64,000 bases of DNA from Lama glama (lineage: Eukaryota). The notes beneath the pieces were generated by a model. The model saw nothing but the letters and a program-made list of their open reading frames with translations. It had not been told where the DNA came from and searched no databases. Made by a program: the position numbers and the translations under genes. Below, piece by piece: positions 1 through 14,223 of the stretch. The stretch is taken from assembly GCA_028534125.1 (NCBI GenBank), contig CM052816.1, positions 41,294,001 to 41,358,000 of the forward strand, written 5' to 3'. Position 1 is the stretch's first letter. Every line of letters starts with the position of its first letter.

Positions 1-509
1 AATGAGTTTTCATATGTAGAATATTAAGTTATCCTCCAGTTTGGTTCAGATGGGATTACAACTGGTATAAAATGAAAACTAGTATGCTGAATACATATTC
101 AGAGCCCAAAAGACTTCATCAGTATTATGGAATAACTGACTGTATAACCATCAACATACACCAAAAGGAATTCTTTCCACCAGCTATAAACAGCTCTGCA
201 AAGAAATTATGAAAATAATTATAATATTGGAAGAAAGCATTTGAATCCAACAGTTTTAAAAAAGACTGTACATTTTACCAAGTTTATAAAATACATACAA
301 ATTGTGGACTTTGACCTTGTCAAGCTTTAAATTCTTCAGTACCTCTAATGCTTAGACACCCATAGTCAGTGTCATTCCTAATGTGCAGCTCCTAACGGTG
401 AAATTTCTACTGTCCTTTTTACCTGCCTCCATGCCCTACTGCTCAGCTTCCCAGGCTTTCCATCTTGTCTCCCTTGCTCAAATCTTGTGACCCAGCTTAT
501 TGCAGGATT

Positions 510-705
510 AACGTAGTGCCAGGCCCTGTGCTAAGTCCTTTCCGTGCATTATCCCAAATCACCTTCATCACAAGCCTAGGGGGAAATGAAATGTCATGCC
601 ATGTGAAAACCGAGGCTTAAATAACTTTCCCAACATTCAGACATTTGCTAAGTAAGTGGTGGAGGCCCGGCATAGCCGAAGTCCACACTCTTAATCAGCA
701 CTCCG
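510..705 (-). mobile_element. MIR SINE fragment
   Basis: Antisense MIR core: tgccaggccctgtgctaag ... gaaaaccgaggcttaaataactttcccaa ... cacactcttaatcag. Confidence 0.65.
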
Positions 706-1246
706 TGATTTTCAAATTTTTTCTTAGCTTTAGATACAAAATCTCATTCAGAAGCTCAATGTGTACAATAGATAAACTTGAATCAAACCTGTTTGGTTGA
801 ATGAAGGTGAGAGCTTGAAGATCTAAACCCCCACCTTCAAAAGGAATGCCAACGAGACCAGATTAAAAAGCACTGCTCTCAATCTTTCCTTCACTCCAAG
901 TATATCTGACTGGGCCAGTTCCTTCCCCAGGCATCAATCTGAAACTGTTGATTCCTTCAATGGGATATGCAGGAAACGCCTCCTGGGCCTGTTTCACAGC
1001 TCCCTTCAACCTAGAGCTGTGGGGCAGAGTTCAGGCACCTGACTCTTTCATGTTTCTACCAAGCCCCAGAATCTTTTCCACCATTGTGGGAGTGCACGAA
1101 ATCTGCCTGCAAGCAAAACCCAGAAGGCACAGGAAGTTACTGCATCCAGGGCAAACATCAAGCAGTAAAGGACAGGATTGGATGGACGAAAGTGAAACAG
1201 CACGTAAAACAATGACCAGTTTAAACTGGTTTCGCCTCCTTAAATA

Positions 1247-1655
1247 AGTTGCTGATTAATCAAACCTTGAGTTATTTTACAGAGATAGGAATGCCCAAGA
1301 GCAGGACAGGAACCCATATCTCCAGGATGACCCCAGAACCAAGACCTTAAAGAATAGAAATGTTGCAACCACAGCCCTTTATGAAACAAGTCCTTCAATA
1401 AGGAAAACCTGGCTCCCAGCAGCCCAAGTAGCTTATATGGACCGATTCAAGATTAGTCAGTTAGCTTCCAAATCTGAAATTACCCTAACTCCTTAAAGTT
1501 TGCCCCAAACCCTGGATCAGGGAGACAAACTTGAGAGACTTGCATCCTGTCTCCTTGCCTGTCAACCTCACAATGAAGCTCTTTCTTTTCTCAAAGGCTG
1601 GTGCCACAAAATTAGTTTCTATGTACCGCAGGCCATGAGCCCTGGCTCAATAACA
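1247..1655 (+). mobile_element. ERV1-type solo LTR (MER41/MER4-group-like)
   Basis: About 410 bp ending ...ataaca. The 3' half (cagggagacaaacttgag...gtctccttgcctg...aatgaagctctttcttttctc) resembles ERV1 LTR R/U5. Family assigned from recall. Confidence 0.55.
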
Positions 1656-1659
1656 AAAT

Positions 1660-1860
1660 CTCCATCCTCCTGTTTCCCAGATTAGACTTCCCACATGTCA
1701 AGGCCCTGTGGCCCGAGGCAGCAATCTCAATAATACACCCTATGTTGACTTCTCCCCTTTTCTCTCTACTCTCCCTACTTGCTCACTCGAATCCTGGTAT
1801 CATCTCACAAGTTAACTGCCTCACCCCAGTCTTCACCTGGAATCCTCACTCAAGTCAGGA
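1660..1860 (+). mobile_element. Old ERVL LTR 3' part (LTR16/LTR33-like)
   Basis: Pyrimidine-rich run followed by a degraded LTR16/33-type end (aagttaactgcctcaccccagtc...ggaatcctcactcaagtca). Confidence 0.35.
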
Positions 1861-3058
1861 TATGCTGAAGTCTCTGGGCACCCTTAAAACCAAAGGAATC
1901 AGCACCAGGTGCCACCGTAACTGGACCATGAGAGAGCTGTTCTGGTGCTTCCCCGTCATTCTTAACATCCTTCTCCCCTCTTCTCAACTGCCTCGCTAAT
2001 GATACAACAGCCCTCAGGTGACAGACTGCAGGTGGGTCATAAGCACAGACATTTCTGTTGATGGGTAAGTACTGTACTATTTTATCTCCAAAATAAAATG
2101 AGCATTTCTATATCATGATAGTAGTGCTCTGTTATAACTTAAGAAATATGTGGAAATTTTAAAAAGGATGTCCTTTTAGCAATTCTAACCATTCAGTAGA
2201 TACAGTGGAATCTGCAACCCACAGCTTAGTCTAGACTCTAGAAATCTCCAAAGAAGGCAGAGGATGTCCTGGAAACTGAGTCAGCTAACCAACCCCTTGT
2301 CAGGACCGGGCTGGTTCTTCAAACCACAATTACCACAGGCTCTCACTTCCCTCAACAATTTATTAGAACTCTTGTTGGTAAATATTTGATTTCAAAAGAC
2401 AGGACATATAAATCAATAGGTACAACAACTTAACTTAGGCCAAATTCTAAGCCAGTGGTAATAGTTAAAAGTTCTACAGACCTTTTTTATTTTACTTATC
2501 AAAGAAACTAAAATTATTTGAGTTGACAGGACCAAGCAAAGCTCCTAAAAGGAAATGTGACTTGATCTAGGCTGGGACCTGAAACAAAGAGCAAAAGGAG
2601 GAGGGCATCCCGGGCTGGGAGGAGGAAGGGGGAATCTGGGGACGAATGATGTGAGGAGAAGCACTGGAAGGCGTGCAGTGGTGCCTGGCACCAGAACAGC
2701 ACAATCACTGGCACTGCTGCCCTTAGGACAATCTGAATTGGGATCTGCTGTTGAAATGAAAGCTACAAATATGATTGCAGAGGCCCTAATGCAGCAGTTC
2801 AAGATTAGTAAGTGCAGCTTTCAGAGAACTGTGGATGGATAATTCAAAGTCTTTCTATATTTGTCCTCAGACCTAAGTAACCAGTTACAGAATTGGAATT
2901 TTATTTTTATAGATTTATGTTTACAAAATATAGATTTGTTTTATTTTTAGAGCAAGCTTCAATACAAAATTAGAGCTTTAAAATTTAAATATTTGAACTC
3001 AAACATAAAAGCAAATTTTAAGACTCACATATATAATAAAATTAAATATTTCTAATTT

Positions 3059-3290
3059 GAGTTTAGGATTAACAGATGCACATTACTATATATAAAACAG
3101 ATAAACAACAAGGACTTACTGTACAGCACAGGGAGCTATATTCAATTTCTTGTAATAACATAATGGAAAAGAATCTGAAAAGAATATATATATGTATTTA
3201 TATATATGTATAACTGAATCGCTTTACTTTATAACTGAAACTAACATTATAAATCAATAAAGAACAAATCTTTTAATTAATTAATTAAAA
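3059..3290 (+). mobile_element. L1 3' end, older artiodactyl-type
   Basis: ggattaacagatgcacattactatatataaaacagataaacaacaaggac...gcacagggagctatattcaa; degenerate TSD aaatattttctaattt / aaacattcctaattt. Confidence 0.8.
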
Positions 3291-5102
3291 ACATTCCTAA
3301 TTTATCTATGCTGTTTTATTTTTAATGCCCATTTATGAACAAAAGATCAAATATTTAAATTACTAAATATGTATCATTCTCAATGTTGAGATTCTACAAA
3401 AATAAACAGTTCTAAAAAGGAGTCTGTAGAATCATTATTTTTAAATGTCTCAGATTTTAATATTTGGAGTTGACATTGAGGTCTCCAAATTCTATTAGAT
3501 TCTAATTTAATTGCTTTTCTTTGAAGTTTTTGTTGTTATTTACCTTTCTGGTTTAATTCAATATGCTTTCTTCAATACGTAACTAATATTTACCTTTTTC
3601 ACCTACTTAAAACATGAAAATTATTTGAAATATTTACCTGAGTTAAAAAAGAATATATTTCCAAAAAATCTGTCATTATAAACAAAGTTGTCTTAAAGAA
3701 CCCCTTTTTAAAAAAAAAAGTGTGCTTTGATTTATCAATGGAGAAATAACATATCTTTTTAAACCAAATTAGGTGATTAAAGTGTGACTTGTTTGTATTT
3801 ATTCTAATTTGTATAAGAAATTTGAGTGTCAATATCTCTCCCTTATCTTATCTTTGCTCAGAAACAGTATCATGAGAATCATTTTCACTTTTTGACATAC
3901 TTCATTTGAAATCTTGTCTCATGACCACTTCTAAAAATAGCATTTGTTTCAGGCAGGAAGAAACAAGATAGAGATGGCACTGAAGTGACAAGCTGGCCAT
4001 GCAGACAGTATCTGTATTCTATACAGCCATTTGGGGGATGTTACTGTCAAGAATTCTATTTTCAGCTGCATCTCAAAAACTTATTTTTTGACAACGCTCA
4101 CTGAATAACCCAACTCAGGGAGATGAATATGTGCTAAGCAAATTACATGAGTCCAAATAAAGACTAAATTAATTTAAATGAGTCCAAATAAATACAGTAC
4201 TGCATCAAATTTTTTAATAATGATAATCACGAATGAGAAAGAATATTTTCTAAGCTCCATGAAAGAGAGATTATGCTTATTTCATTGAATAATAATATAG
4301 ATCTAGACCCAGACATTAAAACAGATGCTTCATATATATTTGTTGAATTACTTAATTAATTTATTTGATGTTGCGGTAGGAAGTATCTGTTACTTGTCTC
4401 CCTGATAAAAATTCTATAATTAAATCTACAAAGTTTTACTTGACAACTGTAAAATCAGAATAAGATTCACTGCCTGATAAGCCACTGAACTGTGATGGAC
4501 AAAGCATTTGTTCCTGATGTAGAGGTGAATGTGCCGAGATCAAAAGGCTTGGGTGGTTATAAGGATCCTCCCCTCCCAGGACAGAGGTAAGCAGAGAGTT
4601 GGAGCTCCTTTTTCTAGGCTATCTATCTGTGAATATCATTTTCCTTTAACTGCAGTAGAGAACAGCTGACTGATACAAATGTACAGATGCAAATCTGTAG
4701 CTAGAACACAGGAGAAATAATTTTAACCTAGAAAAAGTATAGCAGCTGTTACAGACATCCGTCTCCAAAGGGAATAGTCCCAAGATTCCTTCTCCCTGCT
4801 GTGGAATAGCACCACCTCAAGTCAGTTTTACTGCCATTAACTGCAAAATGCCCCCAAGCCAGCTGGCCACGGATGGGGCTATTTTGTATCACAACTTTAT
4901 CACTGGAAAACGTTTGCCAACCCACAATATTACTTCTAGCGTAGTTAAGCTACGGTGTCAGCATGTTCCTGAGATGATTCCACAGTAATATGAGCCATAT
5001 TATTGGCATGGACTTGTCTTCCAGGTTGCTTTTGCTTCTGAGAATGGAGCAAATCACCCTAAAAGCTATGGAAAACAATAGTTTATATGTAACTTACAAG
5101 TA

Positions 5103-5584
5103 CAGATCTTCAACTTATGATGAGGTTACATCTCCATAAACTCCACTGTAAATTGAAAATATCGTTAAGCCAAAAATGCATTTAACACACCCAACCTACC
5201 AAAAATCACAGCTTAGCCTAGCCTACCTCAAACATGCTGAGAACACTTACATTAGCTTACAGTTGGGCAAAGCCATCCGTCTAACACAAAGCCTATTTTA
5301 TAACAAAGTGTTGAATTTCTCATGTAGTTTATAGAACAGTATACTGAAAGTGAAAAACAGAATGCTTGTATTGGTACAGAATGGCTGTAAGTATATGGGT
5401 CGTTTTCCCTCGTGATTGTGTGGCTGACTGGAAGATGTGGCTGCTGCCACTGGCCAGCATCAGGAGGGAGTAAGGATAGCCTGGGAAGAGATCAAAATTC
5501 AAAACCTGAAGTATGGTTTCTCCTGAATGCATATTGATTTCACACTACTGTAAAGTTGAGTAATTGTAAGTCAGGGACCATCTG
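5103..5584 (-). mobile_element. Tigger5/MER47-type Tc1-mariner non-autonomous DNA transposon
   Basis: TA|cagat... and ...gtaagtcagggaccatctg|TA termini (TA TSD at 5101-5102 and 5585-5586); internal gcttagcctagcctacctcaaacatgct is typical of MER47. Confidence 0.8.
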
Positions 5585-5624
5585 TACACATATGTACATG
5601 CATCTCTCATGTGTTTAAAAAATA

Positions 5625-5870
5625 AAATCCTTGACACTCTCACCCCCGCCGAGCTTACTGGTACACTTCTCTACATCTTATTCACAGAAGCCCTCCCTCT
5701 AAAAAACGACATTTCTCTCACTCTCTCCTCCCACTTTCTCCTCTACTGTCTCCATTCAGTATGTTAGCCCCACTCCACTCCATTGAATGGCGGCTAAAGG
5801 GTCACCAACAACTCCACCTTTGTTATTCCGTGAACAATTCTCCACCCTCATTTTATTTGATCTCAGTCAC
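5625..5870 (+). mobile_element. L2 fragment
   Basis: C/T-rich L2 body motifs: ccactccactccattgaa..aagggtcaccaacaactcc..ctcattttatttgatctcag. Confidence 0.55.
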
Positions 5871-6457
5871 CTTTGCTGTCTGTCTTCTCCGTATTTGTCC
5901 TCAGTAAAGATGATCCACACGAGTACAGGAGGAAAATATCCAAACTTCTCATTTAGATTTATTTTTACTTTAAAAATGAGAAACAACATAAATGTCACTT
6001 TGTAGTTATTAAATCATTAGGCATGGGCACTCTCCCTTGGTCCACAGACATATGACCACAGTCAGAGTGCACCCCAAATATATGGAGGGAAGAGTGGGGG
6101 CTCCACAGCTCAGAAGGGTTGTAGTGAACCCCACTTACAGCTCAGCTAAATGCACTGCAGTTTATCTCTGTGTGAATAATGGATTAATGGAATAGATTTT
6201 CTACCTTATACCAAATAACTCATAAAAGGGGAGTACATGGCTTTAAATGGATTCCTACAATACTAATGCAATGGAGTTTGAATAAAATTTTTCTTTCATT
6301 CAAGAATAAATGTCTTAGCCCCAGGTTGAAGACAGACTGGTATTAGGTATCTCACGTTCTAAGAAGTCAGATAATTAGGGCTAGGTACCAACTCGACAGA
6401 TCACTAAGAAGCAGCAAAACCAGACCTACATCTATTAGAGGCTTTTGCCTACACACA

Positions 6458-6920
6458 TTTTTAGTAGATTTTTTTGAGCACTTTAAGGTTCACAGCAAAA
6501 CTGAGCAGAAGAAACAGAGATTTCTCATATCTCCCTTGTTCCCACAAGCACCTACTCCCTCCTCATTATCAACATTCCCCACCAGAGTTGTATCTTTGAT
6601 ACAATTGATGAATTTACATTGACATATTATCACTCAAAGTCCATAGTTGACATTAGGGTTAACTCTTGGTATGTACATTCTATAGGTTGGGACAAATTGA
6701 TAATGAAAATGTATCCACTATTATATTACCATACAGAATAGTTTGATACATATACATCTGTTACCTGGATGTACCACAGTTTATTCATACATTCACTTAC
6801 TTTAACTCCACCTTGGTGGTTTCCAACTTTGGGCAATTATAAACTAATAAGGCTGCTATAAACATCTGTGTGCAGAATTTTGCATGTCATAAATTTTCAG
6901 CTCTTCTGAGTAAATACCAA
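6458..6920 (-). mobile_element. Old L1 3' region (L1MC-like)
   Basis: aggttcacagcaaaactgagcaga..., caaagtccatagttgacattagggtt..., gctgctataaacatctgtgtgcag. Confidence 0.75.
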
Positions 6921-7143
6921 ATGCCAGCTCCTTCTCAACTCCTAAACATCCTGACTGAAATAGTTCTCTCCTCCCCCTTTATTCTTTATCCTGTTATCCT
7001 GTTTTATATTTGCTAATATAAAATAGACTCTATAACATAAATTAGCTCATGGTAGGCAAGGAAGAAATATCTGATGCATTAATTAATAGGTTAAAAGTAA
7101 ATAAGTTAAGTTTTTTTGTATTAAACGGAGTTCTTCTAAGTAT

Positions 7144-7500
7144 TTTTATTGAAGTAAAGTCAGTTTACAATGTTGTGTCAATTTCTTGTAAACAGCACAA
7201 TGCTTCAGTTATATAGGAACATATATATATTCACTTTTCATATTCTCTTCCACCATAAGTTACTATAAGATATTGAATATAATTCCCTGTGCTATATAGG
7301 ATAAACTTGTTGTTTATCTATTTTTTATATATTAGTTAGTATCTGCAAATCTCAAACTCCCAACTTATGCCTTCCCATCCCCTTCTCTCCTGCTAACCAT
7401 AGGTTTATTTTTTGTCTGTGAGTCTGTTTCTGTTTTATAAGTAAGTTCATTTGTCTTTTTTTTTTAGACTCCACATATAAATGATATCATATGGTATTTT
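7144..7500 (-). mobile_element. Camelid-type L1 3' end
   Basis: ttattgaagtaaagtcagtttacaatgttgtgtcaa...ccctgtgctatatag...ccacatataaatgatatcatatggtattt; antisense homologue of the copies at 36733 and 53497. Confidence 0.85.
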
Positions 7501-8989
7501 ACCTGCAAATTTGATAGGCAAAATTAAAATATATCAAATATTATCTATGATCATTCTCCACCTGCACAATGAGAACAAGAACCATATCTATTGCTTATGT
7601 ATTTCCAATGGCTAGCTCAACGGTTGGCACATAATAAGTGTTCAATAAATATTTGTTATTATTTTTGAATGAACATTTTAACTTGCTGTTTTGTTTATTA
7701 GTCAGATTTAACATTGTTTGCATATACACTTTTGCATTTATTCTTTTCTCTTCTATAAATCAACTTTTCATGTTCTTTATCAATTACGTATTAGGATATT
7801 AATGGTTCTTATAACTGAGATATGGCAGTTTTGAATATTCATGTACAAAGCCACACAAAATCAAGTTATAAAACAAAGACCATCAGTTTTAAAGATAGCT
7901 TAAAAAACACAATTTTAATGAAAGTCTTCAACATAAACTGCTTATGTTAATCTAAGTAAATAAAAATAAGTGCCATGAAGGAAATCAATAACAATTAATA
8001 AGGATAAAATATTATTTCTAGCTTTATATCTTACAGAGAATATGATATGCCCATAGAACACTTGAAAATGTGTTGCATACTAGGCCACAGCATGCATGGC
8101 AGATGTTCCGAGCTGATTCTTTCTCCTGTGGATGCTCTCTTGAGCCCATTAGAGACCCCTCTACGAGGCCCTTCTGACTTCAAAACCCATGACGTGGACA
8201 ACATATTCTGTTCCTTCACTTGTCTGCACCTACTTATCTGGTTGTCACTCTACATAAACTTTCACCATTGGCATCCCTTCACTCTCCCTTTTGGGCAACA
8301 CCAAAAGCAGATCTATTCTTCCATGCTCTCTCTTGTGAGCTCTACCTCTGGTCCATGGGAAACACTCACAATTTCCTTATTCCATTAGACTGTGAGGTAA
8401 AGCTGACTTCCATCCTGCAATCACACTCTCCATTAACTCATCAGGTACGAGTCAGGTAGCCCCTGAGACGTAGGGAGAGATTGTTGTCTTGTCTGAGATG
8501 TAAGCAGAGACTCACAGATGACAACAGCACTCCACCAGGAAACTTTTCTCACAAAGCCCTTCTCACTCTTCTCTGACCACTTTCTATATCCCTCATCCAA
8601 GAGTTATGTGTACGCTTCTTGATGTTTTCCTTTGTAACACCAGAATGTTAAGGATTTAACTCACACTCACTTTGGCACTGAAAATCAACTGTATTGATGA
8701 CCTAGTAAAAACTGAGGTAAGAAAGATCTTCTTCACACATTCAGCTGAAATCAGTGTAACTTTCTCTGATGAACTGAAACCAGGCAAGCCCAAACACAGC
8801 ATAGATAATTCTATGTACACAGTATGGCACAACCTCAAAAATAAAAAGGAGAAAGCTGAGGAGGAAATGAAAGGGAAAGAAAAGAAGCAATAGCAAGATA
8901 AACATAGTTTGCCAGGAAATGCCACAGCATTCCCGACAATACTTCTTTACAAGAAACAGCTTTGGACCAACCATTCAGCAGATCATATG

Positions 8990-9230
8990 CAGCAACAGAT
9001 TTCACAAGAAAAGATCAGTAGCCTCAACTCCGACTTCTCTCTCTATGAGGTGAAAAAGAGTTAGATCCCCATCTTTCATCAGGACTTCCAATTAGCCAAA
9101 CTCAACTGAAATCCAGAGATGTAGGGAACTGTTGATACGGTTTATATAACTCAGCTTCCTGGGGTACAAAGCAGAGTGAAGCAGAGTGGTAAATAGATGT
9201 AGAAGGACAAACGGAAGGTGACCAACCCAT
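8990..9230 (-). mobile_element. Old ERVL LTR fragment (LTR33-like)
   Basis: ccaattagccaaactcaactgaaatccagag...gcagagtgaagcagagtggtaaatagatgtaga. Confidence 0.4.
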
Positions 9231-10057
9231 CAGGGAAGTTCGTGGGAAGTTTCTAATGCAGTTAAGGGCTTAGAACTGGAGATCAGAATTTAGCCTTTGC
9301 AACAGAAATATGTCACCTAATGTCTAAACTCTGCCCCAGCCAGTATTACAGTCACTATATAACATGTTATAATGACAAGGGCCATCCAGAAGCTATTTCT
9401 TGAATGGAAGTTAAAAAGTTCAGTTGATCTGGAAAATAAAATATAGACTCATGCATTGTGAAATAGTCACATTAATTCTTCTTTAATGATAGTGCATCAA
9501 TTAAAGGATAACACTTTTCAACAATTTAAGCAAGTTTAAGATTCATGATCTTAAAATTGGCAAACGTCTGGCTCATTTTCACCTCATAGTAATGGGGCCA
9601 AGGTAGTACATGCAGAACCATGGGAACACGACTAGTAAAAGGACTCTTAGCTAAGGTTTTACATGGGTGGAAATCAGAAAAGTATACAAAGCAAAGTCAC
9701 ATAAATAAATGAATATCAAACCAATAATCTGATAGCCATGAAGGTGACAACAAGTAGAAAATAAAGAGCAAAAAGGAAGTCATCCATAGTAAATGCTTCT
9801 AACAGACCCGGTTTTCCAGGGCTTTGAAGAAAAGCGGAATTTTGGCCAAAGTTCAAACAGTGTAGAATTGAGCTTATCTGAACAATTGAGAAAGAGAGCA
9901 CAGAAGAGAAGATGCCTGATGACTTTCCATTTCTCATGAGACCTGACTGTGCTTCCTAAGATTAGCTTCCATTCGATTTTCCAGCACTCATTCAAGAAAT
10001 TTGCTTTTACTTGAAAGATTTAATTGAGCCTATGCTTCTTACAACCAAACAACCAGT

Positions 10058-10795
10058 ATAACTAGGATATTGGTGGAGATATGGAGAAAAAGGAATCCCT
10101 GTACACTGTTGGTTGGAATATAAACTGATACAGCCACTACGGAAAAAAAGTAGGGAGAATCTTCAAAAAAATAAAAATAAAATTACTGTATGATCCAGTA
10201 ATCCTGCTTCTGGGTATATGTCCAAAGGAAATGAAATCACTATCCCAAAGAAATATTTACACTTCTCCATTCATTGAAGTATTATTTACAATAACCAAGA
10301 CATGAAAACAATCCATGTGTTCATTGACGGTTAAATGGATAAAGAAGATGTGGTATATATACACGATAGAGTATGATTTAACCGTGAGAAAAAAAGGAAA
10401 TTCTGTTACTTGCAACAAGATGGGTATGAACTCATTTATATGTAGAAACTAAAGAGTTGAACCCAAAACTAAGGAGTAGAGTGGAAGTTACCAGAGGATG
10501 TAGTGACATTAGTCAAAGGGTATAGACATTTTTTGTTATAAGATGAATAAATTCTGAGGATCTTAGTGCACAATGTGGTACCTGTAGTTAATAATACTAC
10601 ACTGTATACATGAAATTGACTAAGAGAGTAAGTGCTCTCACCACACCAAACAAAGAAAAGGTAGCTATGTGAGATGATGGATGTGAGCTAACTGGACTGT
10701 GGCCACCATTTCACAACATGTATGCACATCAAACCACCACCTACATCACAGATATATAATCTTATGTCAATTAGACTTCAAAGAAGCTGAAAAAT
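10058..10795 (+). mobile_element. L1MA-type (L1MA9-like) ORF2 end plus 3' UTR
   Basis: gtacactgttggttggaat..tatgatccagtaatcctgcttctgggtatat..ggataaagaagatgtggtatat; 3' UTR gttataagatgaataaattctgagga. Confidence 0.8.
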
Positions 10796-11863
10796 TGGCA
10801 ATCAACAAAACAATCCACTCAATATTCTTAATCTTCTGTAAGCAACATTCCCTTTAACAATGTTTATTTGCTTAAATTTTGACTCCCTTAAATAAGACTA
10901 CAAATAAAAACCTGTCAAATTGGACAATAAATATGATCTTTTTCCCCCAAATAATAAAAGGCAACAGAGTTAATTCCAATTTCTTAAGAAAATTTTACTA
11001 TCTGCCTTACGTGTTTAAGCAGCCACATTGATTATACAATTAATCGAAGATTTAGGGGGAATTGATCAGCTGGAAAAAAACACATACACATAGATTTGTA
11101 GCCAAGCAGCTAACTCATGACTCAAAGTTGTGTTGAGTGTTAATAAAGTTCTCTCTTTCTTTTAATTGTTTCTTACTCTTACCTTGTACCCAATGGAGGG
11201 CAGACCCTGCCTATTATTAAAACTGACAGAGTTTAAGTAAACTTTTTTTATCAATATGACTTATCACTAACAAAAGTGATGACAATAATCTTTTGATTCT
11301 GATTCATGGGGTTAGAAGATATAATACTTAGACTGTAGCTGATGAATACATTTAACCTAAAAAAGACAAGATAAGCCACAAAAAAGATGGGACATATGCA
11401 GTAAAAGAATTTAGAAACATAGCAGAAATATGTCTTTGTCTTAAATTATATCCACGGAACCCTAGAGAATTTAATCTAATGCCTCTTTTCTTTAACTTTT
11501 ACGGCCCGGTACTCTTTAGCTCTTTCTCTCAAATTACCACTTTTGGCATCACTCCACAAACTGCATGTCCTCAGCTGGTAAGCCAACATTCCCTCCCACT
11601 TATACAATGAGGTACGGGGCTGATCCAGGACCCCAGTCATTGGCCAAACCTAGTTTCCATTCCCTCCCCAGGATAACACTACCAAAAGCTAAAACAGAAG
11701 TCAACCCAACCTGAATGAGAAAACAGTTATCAATACAAAATCCAAGTATTCCAATATATGTCAAGTCACTGCAATAATTTCCTAAATGTACAAAAGGGAA
11801 ACTAGTGTTAAGGACTTAAAAAAATTTTTTAAACCAAAATTGTATTCAAAATACTTGTATATG

Positions 11864-12701
11864 CACTAATTATCAGAGAAATGCAAATCAAAACTACAAT
11901 GAGGTATCACCTCACACCAGTCAGAATGGCCATCATTCAAAAGTCCACAAATGACAAATGCTGGAGAGGCTGTGGAGGAAGTGGAACACTCCTACACTGC
12001 TGGTGGGAATGCAGGTTGGTGCAGCCACTGTGGAAAACAGTATGGAGATTCCTCAAAAGACTAGGAATAGACTTACCATATGACCCAGGAATTCTGCTCC
12101 TGGGCATATATCCAGAAGGAACCCTACTTCAGGATGACACCTGCACCCCAATGTTCATAGCAGTATTATTTACAATAGCCAAGACATGGAAACAGCCTAA
12201 ATGTCCATTGACAGATGACTGGATAAAGAAGATGTGGTATAACAATGGAATACTACTCAGCCATAAAAACCGACAACATAACACCATTTGCAGCAACATG
12301 GATGTTCCTGGAGAATGTCATTCTAAGTGAAGTAAGACAGAAAGAGAAAGAAAAATACCATATGAGATCACTCATATGTGGATTCTAAAAAAAAAAATAA
12401 GAACATAAATACAAAACAGAAACAGATTCATAGACATAGAATACAAACTTATAGTTGCCAAGGGGGCGGAGGGTGGGAAGGGACAGACTGGGATTTCAAA
12501 ATGTAGAATAGATAAACAAAATTGTACTGTATAGCACAGTGAAATATATACGAGATCTTGTGGTAGCTCACAGCGAAAAAATAAATGTGGCAATAAATAT
12601 ATGTATGTTCATGTATAACTGAAAAATTGTGCTCTACACTGGGATTTGACACAACATTGTAAACTGACTATAACTCAATAAAAAAAATGTTGAAAAAAAA
12701 A
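11864..12701 (+). mobile_element. Young camelid L1, 5'-truncated (ORF2 C-terminus, 3' UTR, poly(A))
   Basis: ORF 11881-12330 is the L1 ORF2 C-terminus ([28 protein letters not shown]), frameshifted after IKKMWY; TSD acttgtatatg at 11853-11863 and 12702-12712. Confidence 0.95.
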
Positions 12702-12712
12702 ACTTGTATATG

Positions 12713-13160
12713 AATGTTCATAGTAGCACTACTCACAACAGCCAAATGTCCATCAGCAGATGAATGGATAAACAAATTATGGTATGTACGTGCAATGGAA
12801 TATTATTCAGCCATTAAAAGGAATGAAATACTATACATGTTACAACACGGATGATTCTTGAAAACATTGTGCTAAGTGAAACAAATCAGACACAAAATAT
12901 CATATATTATATGATTTCATTTTTATAAAATACCCAGAATAGGTAAATCCATGGAAACAGAAACCAAATTGGTGCCAAGGGCTGAGGGGAAAGGGAAAAA
13001 GAGAACAACTACTTAACAAGAAGGAGGTTTCATCTGGAGTGACAAAAATGTTTTGAACTAGACAGAGGTGGCAGTTGTACAGCTTTATAAATTGCCACTG
13101 AATTGTACACTTTAAAAGGGATAATTTTATGTTATGTGAATTTCATCTCAATTAAAAAAA
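12713..13160 (+). mobile_element. L1MB-type 3' end (host of the young L1)
   Basis: aatgttcatagtagcacta..gatgaatggataaacaaattatggta..tatgttatgtgaatttcatctcaatt; continues the sequence left of 11864. Confidence 0.8.
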
Positions 13161-14027
13161 TTGACTAACCATTTCTGTTGTCTGAAGCCAATGGCATTAT
13201 TCAGGATTCAAAACTGAGACTAGGTCCTCTTGCCTTCCATCTTTGGAGATGGCTGAGGGAGGAAGAAAGGAAAGAAAAGAATTTAAACTCTCCGCAGCTT
13301 CTTCAGTGTGGCTAATGGTTTGTTACAAGAAATCACCCTGAAGTAGAATTGGACATGGAAGAAGCTGAGTAGCAGGTAAAGCAATAAATTACCATGTGTA
13401 ACAATCAGAGAAGGATTTGGGAAGAGAGGGAACATAGGTAAGAGGCCAGTGAGAAAGTCCTGATGTGAGGATGGCCAAATAACATTTAGGAGCAGGGATG
13501 TGTAACAGCCAAACACATTGTATAAGTACAACGTAGTGTGCTTGGGGAAAAAGAAAAAGTTACTGATTCTCTGCATCAAGCATAAAGCAGAGTGAAGAGA
13601 TCAGACACTGAAAATAGGACCCAACAAGAATAAGAGTTTAAAGCCAGCAGTAATGGTGAAAACTCATACATCACTCAAGAATTCACAGAAACCTAACTGT
13701 GGCATTGGATCTCCTCTAGAATGTATGATAACAAACTCAAGGGAATTTTATCCATAGAGGTCAGAGAATGGGATCATAGCTGGCATCTGGGTTATAATTC
13801 ATCAACTACCATGCACAAATAAGACAGGTATATGTTGGTAATCTTGTCTACCTATTCATTATCACTCTTTAATTAAACATTATTAAAGAGCCACTGCCTA
13901 TTCACTGAATTTCATTCTCTGGGTACTTACGCAAAGCCTCAAACTGAACTTTGATATGCTAATAATATTAAACCAAGAGTAACACTATAAGAGAAATACA
14001 GAAAATTCTTTCAGTCCCTTTAGTCTG

Positions 14028-14213
14028 AGTTTCTCAAAGTACAGTCTACTAAGGAACTGCATTTGAAATATCAAGATGTTCGATAAAACTATCAATTTCC
14101 AAGTCATGTTTCAGACCTATTAAATCAGAATCTCTCTGAGAGGGACCTTGAAGCTTGTGTTTTAATACTCTTTCCAGAGGATTCTTACGCACACTAAAGT
14201 TTAAGAACCACCA
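14028..14213. mobile_element. MER5-type hAT-Charlie MITE
   Basis: gtttctcaaagt...cagacctattaaatcagaatctct...gattcttacgcacactaaagtttaagaaccac. Confidence 0.75.
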
Positions 14214-14223
14214 TTTCAAGCTC

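Noticed and set aside
4147..4192. 15-bp direct repeat atgagtccaaataaa around a 16-bp spacer
   Set aside because: Only two units, with no poly(A) or element between them; a local duplication, not CRISPR or a convincing TSD.
9716..9937. Minus-strand ORFs and strong acceptor (ctctttctcaattgttcag) near 9878
   Set aside because: No recognisable protein in any frame and no convincing donor; cannot be supported without RNA data.
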